A stretch of DNA of 64,000 nucleotides, taken from positions 3,103 to 67,102 of IMG/VR virus record IMGVR_UViG_3300049021_000095; one strand, written 5' to 3'. Every line of letters begins with the position of its first letter. Positions within the stretch are counted from its first letter, which is position 1. Source of the DNA: a virus (lineage: Duplodnaviria > Caudoviricetes). Under the pieces are notes generated by a model, which saw only the letters and a list, made by a program, of their open reading frames with translations, did no database searches and had not been told where the DNA came from. Both the position numbers and the translations under genes were made by a program. Positions 51,175 to 60,496 of this stretch are shown piece by piece.

Positions 51175-51561
51175 CTAGGCGGGCTGGGGGCGAGATTTGT
51201 CCAACTGGGGGCCACTTTGTCCGACGACTTTCTGACGGCGCCGCCTTGGGCGCTTGGTCGTAAGCTCGCGAAACCGTTTCGCTAACAAGTCCTGTCGCTG
51301 CCTCAAAAGCCCGACCTCTTCTCGTAGCTCTTCGAAGTCCAACTGATCGGGCTCGCGGTCGCCGAAGATGTGCGGGAGCGCGGCGCGCAGGCCCGGTAGT
51401 GTCACGTGGTAGGGGGAGTTTCTCGAGTCACCGAAGCGAACCAGAACGCGGATCCCACACTGGTGAGCGAGCTTCTGCAGCCGCCGCAACAGGGTCTTGG
51501 TCGGCACCCCAACCATCTCGGCGGCATCCGCGAGCGGTATCACTCGTCGAAGACGGGTCAT
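51175..51561 (-). CDS. excisionase/MerR-like HTH protein
   Basis: IPLADAAEMVGVPTKTLLRRL followed by a coiled coil. Confidence 0.7.
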   Translation of the reverse strand: MTRLRRVIPLADAAEMVGVPTKTLLRRLQKLAHQCGIRVLVRFGDSRNSPYHVTLPGLRAALPHIFGDREPDQLDFEELREEVGLLRQRQDLLAKRFRELTTKRPRRRRQKVVGQSGPQLDKSRPQPA

Positions 51562-52055
51562 GTGGGGAACGGTCCCCGGTCAGCGAGGCGCCATCGGCGA
51601 CGAATGCCGCCTCGTGAGAGGTCTGGACGCCGCGCGAGCCAGGCGGGTAGCAATTGCGCTCCCTTGCTCGAATTGCAGGGTTTGCACGCCGGAGCCAGGT
51701 TTTCGACCGCATGGCCACCACCCAACGCCTGCGGGTGGATGTGGTCGATCGTGAGGGGTCGGTCGTCTCGCCCGCAGTAGAGACATCGTCCTCGGTGCCG
51801 TTCGACCAAGCTTTCCCAGTCAACGGCCTGCCGCAGGATATGGCCGTAGTAGGGGATATCCGGCAGCAGTTCGCACTCTGGCTCGTCGGTCACGGTCAGG
51901 AATCCGTCCGGCACGTCGCCCCAATCTCCTGCCACGAGCATCCCAGCCAGGTGTTTGGATCGCGACCGCCCCTTTGTGGCCTCGGCCATCTGGTAGACAG
52001 CCCGGTAGATCTGGCGCTGTGCCAGCTCCGTCCCGCGGATCAGCGTGAGCCCCAA
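51558..52055 (-). CDS. HNH endonuclease (terminase-associated type)
   Basis: CLYC...TIDHIHPQALGG.H..ENL..ACKPCNSSKG; AGGAG before the TTG. Confidence 0.88.
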   Translation of the reverse strand: MGLTLIRGTELAQRQIYRAVYQMAEATKGRSRSKHLAGMLVAGDWGDVPDGFLTVTDEPECELLPDIPYYGHILRQAVDWESLVERHRGRCLYCGRDDRPLTIDHIHPQALGGGHAVENLAPACKPCNSSKGAQLLPAWLARRPDLSRGGIRRRWRLADRGPFPT

Positions 52056-53083
52056 AGCTCCTCCTTGAACGCTTGTAGGTCCCTGGCGCGCGCCGGGGAC
52101 GGTTGCCTGGCCGTCGCGTACCAGGCCCGGTGCAGCGCCCGGACGTCGGCCGTGGCGGCGGCCAGCATGGCCTCCTTGCCCTCGCGCGTGAGCCCGCCGC
52201 GGCACAGCTTCACGAGCGCGATCTCGTCGTCCACGGTGTCACCGGCGGCAGCCAGGGTGGCCTGCTGGGCGCAAAGCGCCGCCTGTTGGTCTCGGAGTGG
52301 CCTGGAGCGAGCAACCAGGCCCGCAATCTTTCGGTCGATGTCGCCGCTTCGTAACCCCGCCAGGAACCGGGCGACGGCTCGGTGCGCCTCGACCGTTCTC
52401 TGCCAAGACCGCATGCGGTCAGCGTGCGCTGCTTGCCAGTCCTCGAAGATGCCGACCATTTTGACAGCTTGGCGCTCCGTTGGCCGGTTCAGATGAGGGA
52501 TAGGCGCTGCGGCGCGACTCAGCTTCCGGAGCTTCCTCAGCTCATCTTCGATTTCGGCCAACTCAGCCCTGACGGGATCGAGCGCAGCCTTTAGCTTAAT
52601 TCCGTCCGCCCCAGCATCGCGTTCGCGCCCCTTGGCCTGCCTCTGCCGCCACTTGTGGAGCACTACGCCGGCCAGCCCGCCTTGCCCCTCCCCGAAGTGG
52701 GCACGGATGGTCGGATCAGCGTGGGAAGTGCCGAGGTACTCCGCCAGCGCGGTTGCCTGGTGTTTGCGGTCCAAAACGCGCCAGCGCAGCTCAAGCTCAC
52801 GGATTTGGCCAACACGTCCATCGATCCCGCGTGTGTCGGTGGCGCCTAGCCTACGGAGCATTCGGAGGTTGGGATCCTCACCACCGCCGCTCGCGCCGCC
52901 GCGTTCGATGCTGGCTACCACCTGCGCGAAGTTGCCTGCCTGCCCGAGCTCCGACGCTGCCCCCATTAGGAGACGCTGCAACCGCGGACAGAACAGCTCG
53001 CGGTCGAGCGCGCCGCGCTGGTGCTGGTGATGTATGCCCGTGTCGTTGACGCTTGGAGTCGTGCTGGTCGTCGTCGCTTCCAT
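52040..53083 (-). CDS. hypothetical protein in a Q-like (late regulator) position
   Basis: 347 aa helical protein; GGGAG ribosome-binding site; function inferred from position only. Confidence 0.65.
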   Translation of the reverse strand: MEATTTSTTPSVNDTGIHHQHQRGALDRELFCPRLQRLLMGAASELGQAGNFAQVVASIERGGASGGGEDPNLRMLRRLGATDTRGIDGRVGQIRELELRWRVLDRKHQATALAEYLGTSHADPTIRAHFGEGQGGLAGVVLHKWRQRQAKGRERDAGADGIKLKAALDPVRAELAEIEDELRKLRKLSRAAAPIPHLNRPTERQAVKMVGIFEDWQAAHADRMRSWQRTVEAHRAVARFLAGLRSGDIDRKIAGLVARSRPLRDQQAALCAQQATLAAAGDTVDDEIALVKLCRGGLTREGKEAMLAAATADVRALHRAWYATARQPSPARARDLQAFKEELWGSR

Positions 53084-53169
53084 CGCTGCTCCCTTGACCG
53101 GCGCCTGTCCGGTCGTTCATGGTTCCGGTGAGGCTGGCGTCTCCCGGAGCCCTGGTTGCAGCGATGCGG

Positions 53170-53643
53170 CTAGGGCTTTCGCGTCTGAGCGATCAGCCTT
53201 CCTTTCAGCGTCGTCCCATCGAGCCCGATCACCTCGTAGCGGGCCGTGGTCCAGTCGACCGACGCCAGTTGGCGCTCAAGGCCCAGGCGCTCAGCAGCGG
53301 CCGGTCCGTCTTGGTGCAACTCGAAGCCGGCGGCTCGGATGGTTGCTCGCCCCTCTTCTGTCAACTCAAAGTCACCACGGCATCCGCAAGTGCAACCCTT
53401 GATCAGGCCGCGGGCTTCTAGTCGACGTGCCTTCGAGAGAATCACCTCCTCGGGAAACATCGGCATCATCGCCTCCAGATTCCACATGAACACCCAGTGC
53501 GGGAGCTGATCGAGCGGGTAGTGGCTAGGCTTCTTGCCGCCGTGCAGAATGTTTGGCGGCTCCGGGTGCATCGAGCACCAATCGACACATCGCAGAAAGA
53601 ACACGTCGTCGATGTCCTTGGCTTGGAAGCGGCCTTTTTTCAT
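53170..53643 (-). CDS. conserved phage protein with winged-helix-like core
   Basis: L.SKARRLEARGLI.GCTCGCRGDFELT motif. Confidence 0.7.
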   Translation of the reverse strand: MKKGRFQAKDIDDVFFLRCVDWCSMHPEPPNILHGGKKPSHYPLDQLPHWVFMWNLEAMMPMFPEEVILSKARRLEARGLIKGCTCGCRGDFELTEEGRATIRAAGFELHQDGPAAAERLGLERQLASVDWTTARYEVIGLDGTTLKGRLIAQTRKP

Positions 53644-53933
53644 CAGAAGTCGAGCTCGTCCTTCCGCGGCTTCAGCCCCAGTGCCTCAAGCGCCGGTGCC
53701 ACCTTCTCAGTGAAGCACTTCGGGCAGCAGTCGTAGATGACCTTCTCGTAGCTGCCGCTGCCCGGATAGTGCTCGTGGTGCCCGCACTCGATCGTCACCT
53801 CGTCGTGCTGGTAGTCGCTGCCGTACCCGCCGTTCCACGCACCATCCTTCGCCGTGGCTTGGCACAGATCGCACGTGATGACCGTCTCGGTGCGCGTCGC
53901 CTCGTACTTGGTTTCAGTCCTGGTGATGCTCAC
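53643..53933 (-). CDS. small Zn-binding protein
   Basis: CDLC...CCPKCF; GTGA overlap. Confidence 0.55.
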   Translation of the reverse strand: MSITRTETKYEATRTETVITCDLCQATAKDGAWNGGYGSDYQHDEVTIECGHHEHYPGSGSYEKVIYDCCPKCFTEKVAPALEALGLKPRKDELDF

Positions 53934-54187
53934 ACCGGCACCATGAGAAAGGTCCGCGTCGCCGCATCCCACCTGAGATCGAACTCGAAGATGCCATGCT
54001 TGTTGAGCACGAGCCGCCACTTCGCGAATTCCTGCTCCGTCGGCTCCGATCCGTCCTTCTTGAGCAGCACCTTCTGGCTGCGCACCTCGGCGTTGGCTGC
54101 CTCAAGGCGTCGGTGAAACTCGGTGTAGCTGAGCGGTTCCGTAGGCCTGATCGGGTAACTCGACATATCGATCACGTGGTCAGCCAT
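53930..54187 (-). CDS. small hypothetical protein
   Basis: coupled overlaps. Confidence 0.5.
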   Translation of the reverse strand: MADHVIDMSSYPIRPTEPLSYTEFHRRLEAANAEVRSQKVLLKKDGSEPTEQEFAKWRLVLNKHGIFEFDLRWDAATRTFLMVPV

Positions 54188-54477
54188 CAGCCCACCATCC
54201 TCTCAAACGCCGCGACCACCTCCGCCGGCTCGTCATAAATTCCGAATGCGAACAGCTCACCCGAGCCAGCATCACAACCCATCGTCCAAACGCCCGGCTT
54301 CACCTCCTCGCCAAGCCAGAAGCGCCAGCCCTCCGCCGTCTTCCACACCAGCGAGCCAGGTGCCTCACGGTTGAACTCGCGCCCGCCGGCCCAGAACTTG
54401 TCGTAGCGGGTGAGCATGTTGGGCGGAGTGAGGGGAGGAATCTCTGCTGGCAGATCTCGAACGGTGATGGTCTTCAT
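54187..54477 (-). CDS. small hypothetical protein
   Basis: coupled overlaps. Confidence 0.5.
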   Translation of the reverse strand: MKTITVRDLPAEIPPLTPPNMLTRYDKFWAGGREFNREAPGSLVWKTAEGWRFWLGEEVKPGVWTMGCDAGSGELFAFGIYDEPAEVVAAFERMVG

Positions 54478-54845
54478 CGCTTACCCTTCCGCGCCTTCTC
54501 GCGCTTCTTCAGAATCTCCGCTGGCACGCCCGGCGTCCTGCTCACCGCGCGCCGCTTCGGCGCTTCCGGCTCCGGCTCCGTCGGCGTCACGAACTCCTGC
54601 GGGCAAGCCATGTAGCCGCAGACTGAGCACTGCCAGCTGGACCGCTCGGCAAACCGGTGACCGTGCGAGCACACGTACTCTGTGACGATGACGTTCGGGT
54701 TGTGGTGGTGCTCGTTGCCGTGCTCGTCCCAGAAGTGGATCTTGTCGAGCGTGCCCGGCGTCGTGCGGACGATGGTCACCGTGGAGGCCTGGCAGGCGTC
54801 GTGCTCGATGCCGTTGCAGTTGGGGTGGCAGCGGGGACAAATCAC
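54474..54845 (-). CDS. Cys/His-rich hypothetical protein
   Basis: CPRC, CSHGH, CSVC. Confidence 0.55.
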   Translation of the reverse strand: MICPRCHPNCNGIEHDACQASTVTIVRTTPGTLDKIHFWDEHGNEHHHNPNVIVTEYVCSHGHRFAERSSWQCSVCGYMACPQEFVTPTEPEPEAPKRRAVSRTPGVPAEILKKREKARKGKR

Positions 54846-55144
54846 GGCCCGCCTCCCGCCTCAACGTAGCAATGTCGACTACAGAAACGACGTTCCTGGA
54901 TCACCCAACACCCGAGCGGATCGACAGGGCTATGGCACCGATCACAGAGACGGTTGCTAATCACAGTATGGATCTGCCAGTCGCGTTTCTCCTCGAGATT
55001 CAGCGCCGCTTTGAACGCGATCTGCTTCAGCTCGCCAGGCGTGAAGCCGTGCTCGCGCGCGATGGCCTCCATGGTGCGGACCGCTGAATAGAACGCGGGG
55101 TCGCGTTGGTAGCGCTCATCGGTATCTCGGTAAACGTCTGTCAT
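54842..55144 (-). CDS. hypothetical protein with C-terminal zinc finger
   Basis: YQRDPAFYSAV; CDRC...FCS..C. Confidence 0.55.
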   Translation of the reverse strand: MTDVYRDTDERYQRDPAFYSAVRTMEAIAREHGFTPGELKQIAFKAALNLEEKRDWQIHTVISNRLCDRCHSPVDPLGCWVIQERRFCSRHCYVEAGGGP

Positions 55145-55302
55145 CGTCCCAATCTCCTTGCAGCCCTAAACTCGTTCTCGATCTCAGCCCGGCTCGGCCA
55201 GACGTAGCCTTCACGCCTCTTCCTCGCCCCACGCTTCCGCGGCGCGTCGAGCCGGCGGAGCAGGGCGATGGCGCGCTCGGTGTCGCTACGCCGCCGGATC
55301 AT
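55141..55302 (-). CDS. small basic protein
   Basis: ATGA overlap with the downstream gene. Confidence 0.35.
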   Translation of the reverse strand: MIRRRSDTERAIALLRRLDAPRKRGARKRREGYVWPSRAEIENEFRAARRLGR

Positions 55303-55561
55303 TAGCCTCCGCGCGCTGGTGACACTCGACGTGGCGGCGCAGGTGCCCGCTGACCCAATCCTGGTAGCGCTCGGCGCCCGGCTCGATGATACGTCCGCAC
55401 TGCTCGCAGTTCTCGGCGATGCCGTTGACCATGCACTCCCAGAAACGTCGCGGAGGCCGAAAGCCCAGGATGAAGTTCTCGGCGTCGCGTTGCGCAAAAC
55501 GCTTCAGCAGCACGAACTGGCCCAGCGATCGCCAAAGGCTGCCGGATGCGAACGTTCTCAT
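55286..55561 (-). CDS. small zinc-finger protein
   Basis: CEQCGR.I.PG..Y....H..C; ATGA overlap. Confidence 0.5.
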   Translation of the reverse strand: MRTFASGSLWRSLGQFVLLKRFAQRDAENFILGFRPPRRFWECMVNGIAENCEQCGRIIEPGAERYQDWVSGHLRRHVECHQRAEANDPAA

Positions 55562-56136
55562 CCCGCCCTCCTGCTCTGCAACAGCGTCACCCGCTCGACG
55601 TAGATGGCCCCGGCGATCGCGTCGGCTTCGTGCTCGCCGAGACGGTGGCCGTCGCGCTCGATGCCGGGGAAGTAGACCCGGCACGCTTGCATGACCTGCT
55701 GCTTCGTCGCTCGCCCGCTGCCCGGTCCGCACACCGCGATCTTGGCCTGCTGGGGCGAGTACAGGAGCACCGGGATGCCGTACGAGAAGGCCACGGCTTT
55801 CGCGATCCCAACGACCTCAAACACGGGGTCGTTGTTGGCGGAGAAGCCGCCGGCCTTCTCGCCCTTGGCCGCTGCCTTGAGGCCCTGCATGCGGGCACCG
55901 ATGGAAGCTGGGGCTTGGTTCTCGACGCCCATCAGTGTCGGACGGACGTCACGGCATACCGTGGCCAAGTCTCGCCAGATCTTCCTCAGGCGGTCGTTCA
56001 GATCCCAGTCCGGCGGCGTCGGGATATGCCCGCTGTCGACGAGATCGAGCTTGGCCCCGTACCGGCCCACGAGGCCGTAGCCGACGTGAGCCAGTCCGGG
56101 ATCGACCGCCATGCAAACGCGGGCGGGATTGGTCAC
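55558..56136 (-). CDS. ruvC: RuvC-like Holliday junction resolvase
   Basis: MAVDPGLAHVGYG, MGVEN, YSPQQAK.AV.G.GSGRATKQQV, HEADAIA. Confidence 0.92.
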   Translation of the reverse strand: MTNPARVCMAVDPGLAHVGYGLVGRYGAKLDLVDSGHIPTPPDWDLNDRLRKIWRDLATVCRDVRPTLMGVENQAPASIGARMQGLKAAAKGEKAGGFSANNDPVFEVVGIAKAVAFSYGIPVLLYSPQQAKIAVCGPGSGRATKQQVMQACRVYFPGIERDGHRLGEHEADAIAGAIYVERVTLLQSRRAG

Positions 56137-56441
56137 AGCGACAGGGACTCCTCGCGGTCATCTTCCGAGTCGTCGTCGATCTCTTCCTCGCGAGCTGGCA
56201 GCTGGTACGGCTGCCACTCTGGCGGGTTAGCTTCTTTGCGCGCCACTTCCTCCGTCGTCGGCGTCACGCAGAATAGCGACGCCCCGCCGTAGAACTGAGT
56301 CGCCTTTGGCTCGGAGCCCGGCTCCTTCCCGGCCACGTCTACGCGCAACATCGCCGCTCCCGCGATCGAGACTTCGGACACGTAACCAGCCAGCCGTCGA
56401 TGGCCCATGATCTCGACTATTGCCCAGCCTTCAAATGCCAT
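56133..56441 (-). CDS. conserved phage hypothetical protein
   Basis: WAIVEIMGHRRLAGYV.E...AG..MLRVDV...TQFYGG.S.FCVTP.TEE.AR. Confidence 0.75.
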   Translation of the reverse strand: MAFEGWAIVEIMGHRRLAGYVSEVSIAGAAMLRVDVAGKEPGSEPKATQFYGGASLFCVTPTTEEVARKEANPPEWQPYQLPAREEEIDDDSEDDREESLSL

Positions 56442-57105
56442 TGGCGCCGTCCTCCTCAGCCGCCTCACGCTTCTTGCTCGCCCGCTTCGCCTTCGCGTCC
56501 TTCGACGAGATCTTGACCACGCGCTCTTCGTCGACCGCGGCCTGCGCGAGCGCTTCCGGTGTGGGCTCGAAGTCGTCGCCCTCACCGACCTCTGGGAACT
56601 CGCCATCGACGATGGCCGGCGGGGGGACTGAGCCTCCGCCGTCGGAGTCGTCGAACAGCTTCCCTTGGGCGCGCTCGGCCGCCTCGTCGCGCTCCTGCTG
56701 GGTCATGGCGCGCTCTTCGACGATTTCGTCGGTGTCGACGCGCCGAACCTCGACCTTCCCGAGCCGGTCGTCGAAGCGCTCGTACACCGCCGTCAGCCGC
56801 TTCTCCGTCCCCTGGTCGAGCGCCTGCAGGATGCTGTCCCGCTCGGCCTGCAGGGGCTTGATCTGGTTCGTGAAGACCTTCGCGGCCGCCTTCTTTTCCT
56901 CCTCGAGCCGAATGATCTCGCGGTCGACGGTCTCGAGGCGCTCACGCTTGTGAGCCTTGTCGTCCTCGGTGAGATCGTGCTCGATCAGCTCTTCGTAGGT
57001 GTCGTCGCGCTCCGGCGGCGCGCCGTCGGTGGGGTCGGCGTGGTTGATGGTTTCGTCTTGGATGGCGTCGGGGAATGCTGCGGTGTCGGTGCTGGTGTTT
57101 TCCAT
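56431..57105 (-). CDS. acidic phage hypothetical protein
   Basis: L.HDLTEDD..., coiled coil, RRVDTDEIVEERAMT..ER..Q..LF. Confidence 0.7.
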   Translation of the reverse strand: MENTSTDTAAFPDAIQDETINHADPTDGAPPERDDTYEELIEHDLTEDDKAHKRERLETVDREIIRLEEEKKAAAKVFTNQIKPLQAERDSILQALDQGTEKRLTAVYERFDDRLGKVEVRRVDTDEIVEERAMTQQERDEAAERAQGKLFDDSDGGGSVPPPAIVDGEFPEVGEGDDFEPTPEALAQAAVDEERVVKISSKDAKAKRASKKREAAEEDGANGI

Positions 57106-57118
57106 GTTCTCTCCCATT

Positions 57119-58162
57119 TCATTGCTGGCGAATCTTGCGAGCTGCTTCCTCTGCGGCGCGCTCCTGGCGTAGCCGCTCGCGATGTTCTTCGAGCTGGTGC
57201 TTCAGTTCATGAAAGTGGTTGTCGTCGTGCACGGCGCTGAAGCTCGCGCTGATGTCGTTCCAGAACATTGGGAACTTGACGCCGCGCGGCCCGTTCTTGC
57301 ACTTGTCGACGAACAAACACTTGGTGCCCGGCTCGATGGGCGGACCCTTCACAGTTGGGATCTCCTTGTCGGGCTCGAATCCGATCACGATCACCTCGCT
57401 GGCGTTCGCGATGTCCTTGCACTCGCGAATGTTGCTGCGGTTGGGGATCTTGGTGTCCTGGCTGAGCGTGAGCTGACTGAACAGGATCGCTGCGATGTTG
57501 GCGTCTTTGGCTACGTGCCTGAGTTGGCTCGCGATCTCCCGGTACTTGACCCGTTCGTCCTGCCAGCGCTTCTTGCTCTGAAATTCCTGGATGTAGTCGA
57601 AGGCGACGATGTCGATCTTCTCTTCCTTGATGATCGTCCGCAGGTGCGGGATCAGGTCCTCGACAGGCCAGCGCCGTGCGTCGATGTAGACGGGCACGGG
57701 CTCTGCCTCGTTGACGGCTTGTTGGATCGCCGAAACCTCCGACCTCACCAATTGGCGGTCGCGCAGACCCTTGGCGCTGATCTGCGCTCGGCGCGCCAAC
57801 AGGCGATCCGCGTACACGTCCGGCATGTCCTCGCTCGAGCAGATCAAGACGCGCTTGCCGCGCCGGATGTTTTCGTCCGCCACCGAGATCAGCCAGCTCG
57901 ATTTGCCGAAGCTGGTGTCGGCCCCGAACAGCCACGTGAAGCCCCGCCGAATCCCTCCCGTGATGTCGTCGAGCCGGTAGTGGCCCGTCATGCATGCGGT
58001 TGATACCTCGCGTGACAGCGAACGAACAGCTGCGCCTGTCAGGAGCTCGCGCACCGTGTGAACGCGCGGGACCGCAAGCGCGACGGGCTTGGTGCCCGCG
58101 CGGGGATCGGTGGGAAGATTGCCGGCCTTGTGTAGCTCGGCCTCGTCAGGAGCAGCACCCAT
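57119..58162 (-). CDS. dnaB: DnaB-like replicative helicase (C-terminal ATPase domain)
   Basis: LDDITGG, GADTSFGKS, SSED, FDYIQ, FSQL, IRECKDI. Confidence 0.88.
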   Translation of the reverse strand: MGAAPDEAELHKAGNLPTDPRAGTKPVALAVPRVHTVRELLTGAAVRSLSREVSTACMTGHYRLDDITGGIRRGFTWLFGADTSFGKSSWLISVADENIRRGKRVLICSSEDMPDVYADRLLARRAQISAKGLRDRQLVRSEVSAIQQAVNEAEPVPVYIDARRWPVEDLIPHLRTIIKEEKIDIVAFDYIQEFQSKKRWQDERVKYREIASQLRHVAKDANIAAILFSQLTLSQDTKIPNRSNIRECKDIANASEVIVIGFEPDKEIPTVKGPPIEPGTKCLFVDKCKNGPRGVKFPMFWNDISASFSAVHDDNHFHELKHQLEEHRERLRQERAAEEAARKIRQQ

Positions 58163-59208
58163 CAGGCAGCCTCGTTTTCGTCAATGGTGAGTCGGTAGAC
58201 TTGCGCGCGATGGCGCACGCTCTCGAGAACCTTCATCGCGTAGCCGTCACCCGCGCGGTCGCGGTGGGTGCGGATCAGGACCTCCGAGCCGTACGGGACT
58301 CGGGCGGCAAAGCCCTCGTGCCAGCTCCCTGATCCGATTCCAATCACGGGGTCGTGTCGGGTCACGAGCGCGCGCACCAGGAAGTCCGGCTCGCCCTCGG
58401 TGATGATCACGCGCCGCGAGCACGGCTCACCTTTGAGCATCGCCTGCGCGGCCTTGTTGGCGAGCACGAGACCGGCAGCCTTGTGGCCGCCAGGAGGCAG
58501 GCGCTTCGGGCTCGTCCCGTCACCGACGCGCCAAGCCCGAATGCTCTGCCAGACACCATCGGCGTCGAAGACCTTGACCATCAGCCGGTGCCCCGTGTCG
58601 CGCCAGGTCTGCCCCCGGTAGCTGGCCCAGGCGGGGATCCGGTCGCGGGCGATGCCGGCGTGGAAGCAGCGCGCGAGCTCCGCGCGGTCGACGGCGCCAG
58701 GGTCGATGCCGCGAGCGGCAAGCATGGCGCTCGCCTGGTCGTCGGCCGCGCAGGGGCCAGCGCCGCGCCACAGCTCGTACAGCTCGATGCCTGGCGGGTA
58801 GGTCCGCGGCGGCTCCGGCGGGGCGTCGGGTAGCGTGCGCGGAGCTGGCCTGGACTCGTCGGTCGCTCCGGTTTCGAGCTCGTGGAGCACGTGATGGAGC
58901 CCAGCGATCTCGGCTCCGACCCGGAGAATTTCTTTGAACTGCGTCTTGAGATCGAGCCCTCGGACGACCGAGATCAGTGTCAAGGCGTCGCCAGTGAAGT
59001 CGCAGCCGAAGCATTTCACGCGGACGGTCCGGCCCTCGCCAAGGGTTACCGAACAGCTCGGGTTGCGCTCGGCGTGGACTGGACAGCGCACGTGGATGCC
59101 GCCCTTGGGCTGGCGCCTCGCGCCCTTGTCGATGCCAAGCCCGCGGCACAGCGCGAGCGGATCTGCGAGGCCGCGCCGGACCTCGGCGGCGTGGTCGGGA
59201 CGGGTCAA
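58162..59208 (-). CDS. DNA primase (CHC2 zinc finger plus TOPRIM-like domain)
   Basis: CPVH.ERNPSC.V...CFGC..GDAL; VIITEGEPDFL; RTHRD.AG..YA. Confidence 0.88.
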   Translation of the reverse strand: MTRPDHAAEVRRGLADPLALCRGLGIDKGARRQPKGGIHVRCPVHAERNPSCSVTLGEGRTVRVKCFGCDFTGDALTLISVVRGLDLKTQFKEILRVGAEIAGLHHVLHELETGATDESRPAPRTLPDAPPEPPRTYPPGIELYELWRGAGPCAADDQASAMLAARGIDPGAVDRAELARCFHAGIARDRIPAWASYRGQTWRDTGHRLMVKVFDADGVWQSIRAWRVGDGTSPKRLPPGGHKAAGLVLANKAAQAMLKGEPCSRRVIITEGEPDFLVRALVTRHDPVIGIGSGSWHEGFAARVPYGSEVLIRTHRDRAGDGYAMKVLESVRHRAQVYRLTIDENEAA

Positions 59209-59966
59209 CCCCAGTCCTCCAACTTGCCATAGCCGCCAGTATCGTCGCTTGAAGCGACTGCAGAAACCCTGGGAAGCTCACCTTTCTGAGCTTTATCGAC
59301 CAGCCATTGGCGCATGCGCCGCGCCCAGTGCGAGCGCTTCGACCCCGCGCCACCGCCGATTGTCCAATATCCCACGAATCGATCGGCTTCGACGCGAAGG
59401 GCTTCGATCGAAACCTTAAGCTTTTCAGCCAGTTCTTTGAACGCACCTGAGGCATCAAGGCGTTGTGCCAAGTCCATCGGGCACGGTGTCTCACGATCTG
59501 AATCGACCACCATCGCCGGCGTCTCGTCGGTTCTGTTCTCGTCTCTTCTCGTCTTAGGTGACGTCTCGGGTGCGTCACTCGTGACGTTATCCGTGACGTC
59601 ACTCGTGACGTCACCCGAGTGACGCTTCTTGTCGCGAAGCTTCTGTTGGCGCTTGGCTCCTGGCGAGCGGGCCTCTTGTGCCTCTTCAAAACGGGGTAGC
59701 CACAGTCGGCGGCCATCCTGCCGTAGGTATCCAACCTTGCGGAGGTCAGCGATCACCTGCTCGACCAGCCCTCGCTCTTTTGGCCGGGCCCGCAGCACGA
59801 CCATCAGGTCTTCGACGGGGCTCTCGCTGTCTTGGAGCAGCGTCCCGTCTTCCTGGGCGAAGCGGAGGAGATAGTCGCGCACTCCGCGGGACGCGAGAGG
59901 CAGCAGTTGGTGCTCTGAGCTCTCCGCCACGTAGAGCTTTCGCCACGATTCTCGGTCAAACCTCAT
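59205..59966 (-). CDS. replication initiator (lambda O-like)
   Basis: N-terminal wHTH, low-complexity repeat linker and small C-terminal domain; directly upstream of primase and helicase. Confidence 0.75.
   Translation of the reverse strand: MRFDRESWRKLYVAESSEHQLLPLASRGVRDYLLRFAQEDGTLLQDSESPVEDLMVVLRARPKERGLVEQVIADLRKVGYLRQDGRRLWLPRFEEAQEARSPGAKRQQKLRDKKRHSGDVTSDVTDNVTSDAPETSPKTRRDENRTDETPAMVVDSDRETPCPMDLAQRLDASGAFKELAEKLKVSIEALRVEADRFVGYWTIGGGAGSKRSHWARRMRQWLVDKAQKGELPRVSAVASSDDTGGYGKLEDWG
59521..59624. repeat. putative replication origin (iterons plus purine-biased tract)
   Basis: 12-bp period GTCACTCGTGAC, GTTATCCGTGAC, GTCACTCGTGAC, GTCACCCGAGTGAC next to a TTCTC/GTCTC run. Confidence 0.7.
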
Positions 59967-60496
59967 TCCGGCTTCCTCCACTGCGTGACGTTTTGAGCTT
60001 CGCGCCAGGCTCGTTGCGGGCTGAACCGCCAGCTGATGCGGCGCCCCTCAGCGCCGCAGCTCCGGCAGTCCCAGCGCCCAGCCTCGGCGCAGATCGTTGG
60101 TTTGCTGCAGGCGTCGCACGAGCCGATCACCGCCCGGTCCCAGCCGAGCTCAGGGTCGTAGAAGGCTCCGATGACGTTACTCTCAGCCGAAACCACGATG
60201 GCGGCGTCGCCAGGCCAGCCCGAGCCGTCGAGCTTTAGCTTGGCGATCTCGAGCGACTCCAAGTCGCCTTTGACTTCGACGAGCAGCGGCCGGCGCGTGA
60301 AGCGCAACTCGAAATCGGGGATGTAGCCGTAAAGGTCACAGGGTTCGTAGTCCCAGCGAATGCCGAGGCCATCGAACAGCGCCGCCCAGCGGGCCTCGTG
60401 TCGGCTCCGAAACATGATGCCGGCGTAGAGGGTGGGGATACCCGTGCGGCGAATGACGGCGCCGAGCGACTCGGGCTCTTGAATCCGCTGGTTCAT
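59963..60496 (-). CDS. PD-(D/E)XK endonuclease-like protein
   Basis: Y.G..FRS.HEARWA..FD.LGI.W.YEP; Y.PDF; LVEVKG. Confidence 0.85.
   Translation of the reverse strand: MNQRIQEPESLGAVIRRTGIPTLYAGIMFRSRHEARWAALFDGLGIRWDYEPCDLYGYIPDFELRFTRRPLLVEVKGDLESLEIAKLKLDGSGWPGDAAIVVSAESNVIGAFYDPELGWDRAVIGSCDACSKPTICAEAGRWDCRSCGAEGRRISWRFSPQRAWREAQNVTQWRKPE

Noticed and set aside
51175-51561. Excisionase marking an integration module
   Set aside because: The HTH resembles Xis/MerR, but there is no adjacent recombinase or att-like repeat; it sits before the terminase genes.
58520-59734. 404 aa minus-strand ORF
   Set aside because: Alternative frame across the initiator and primase genes, with Arg-rich non-protein-like composition.
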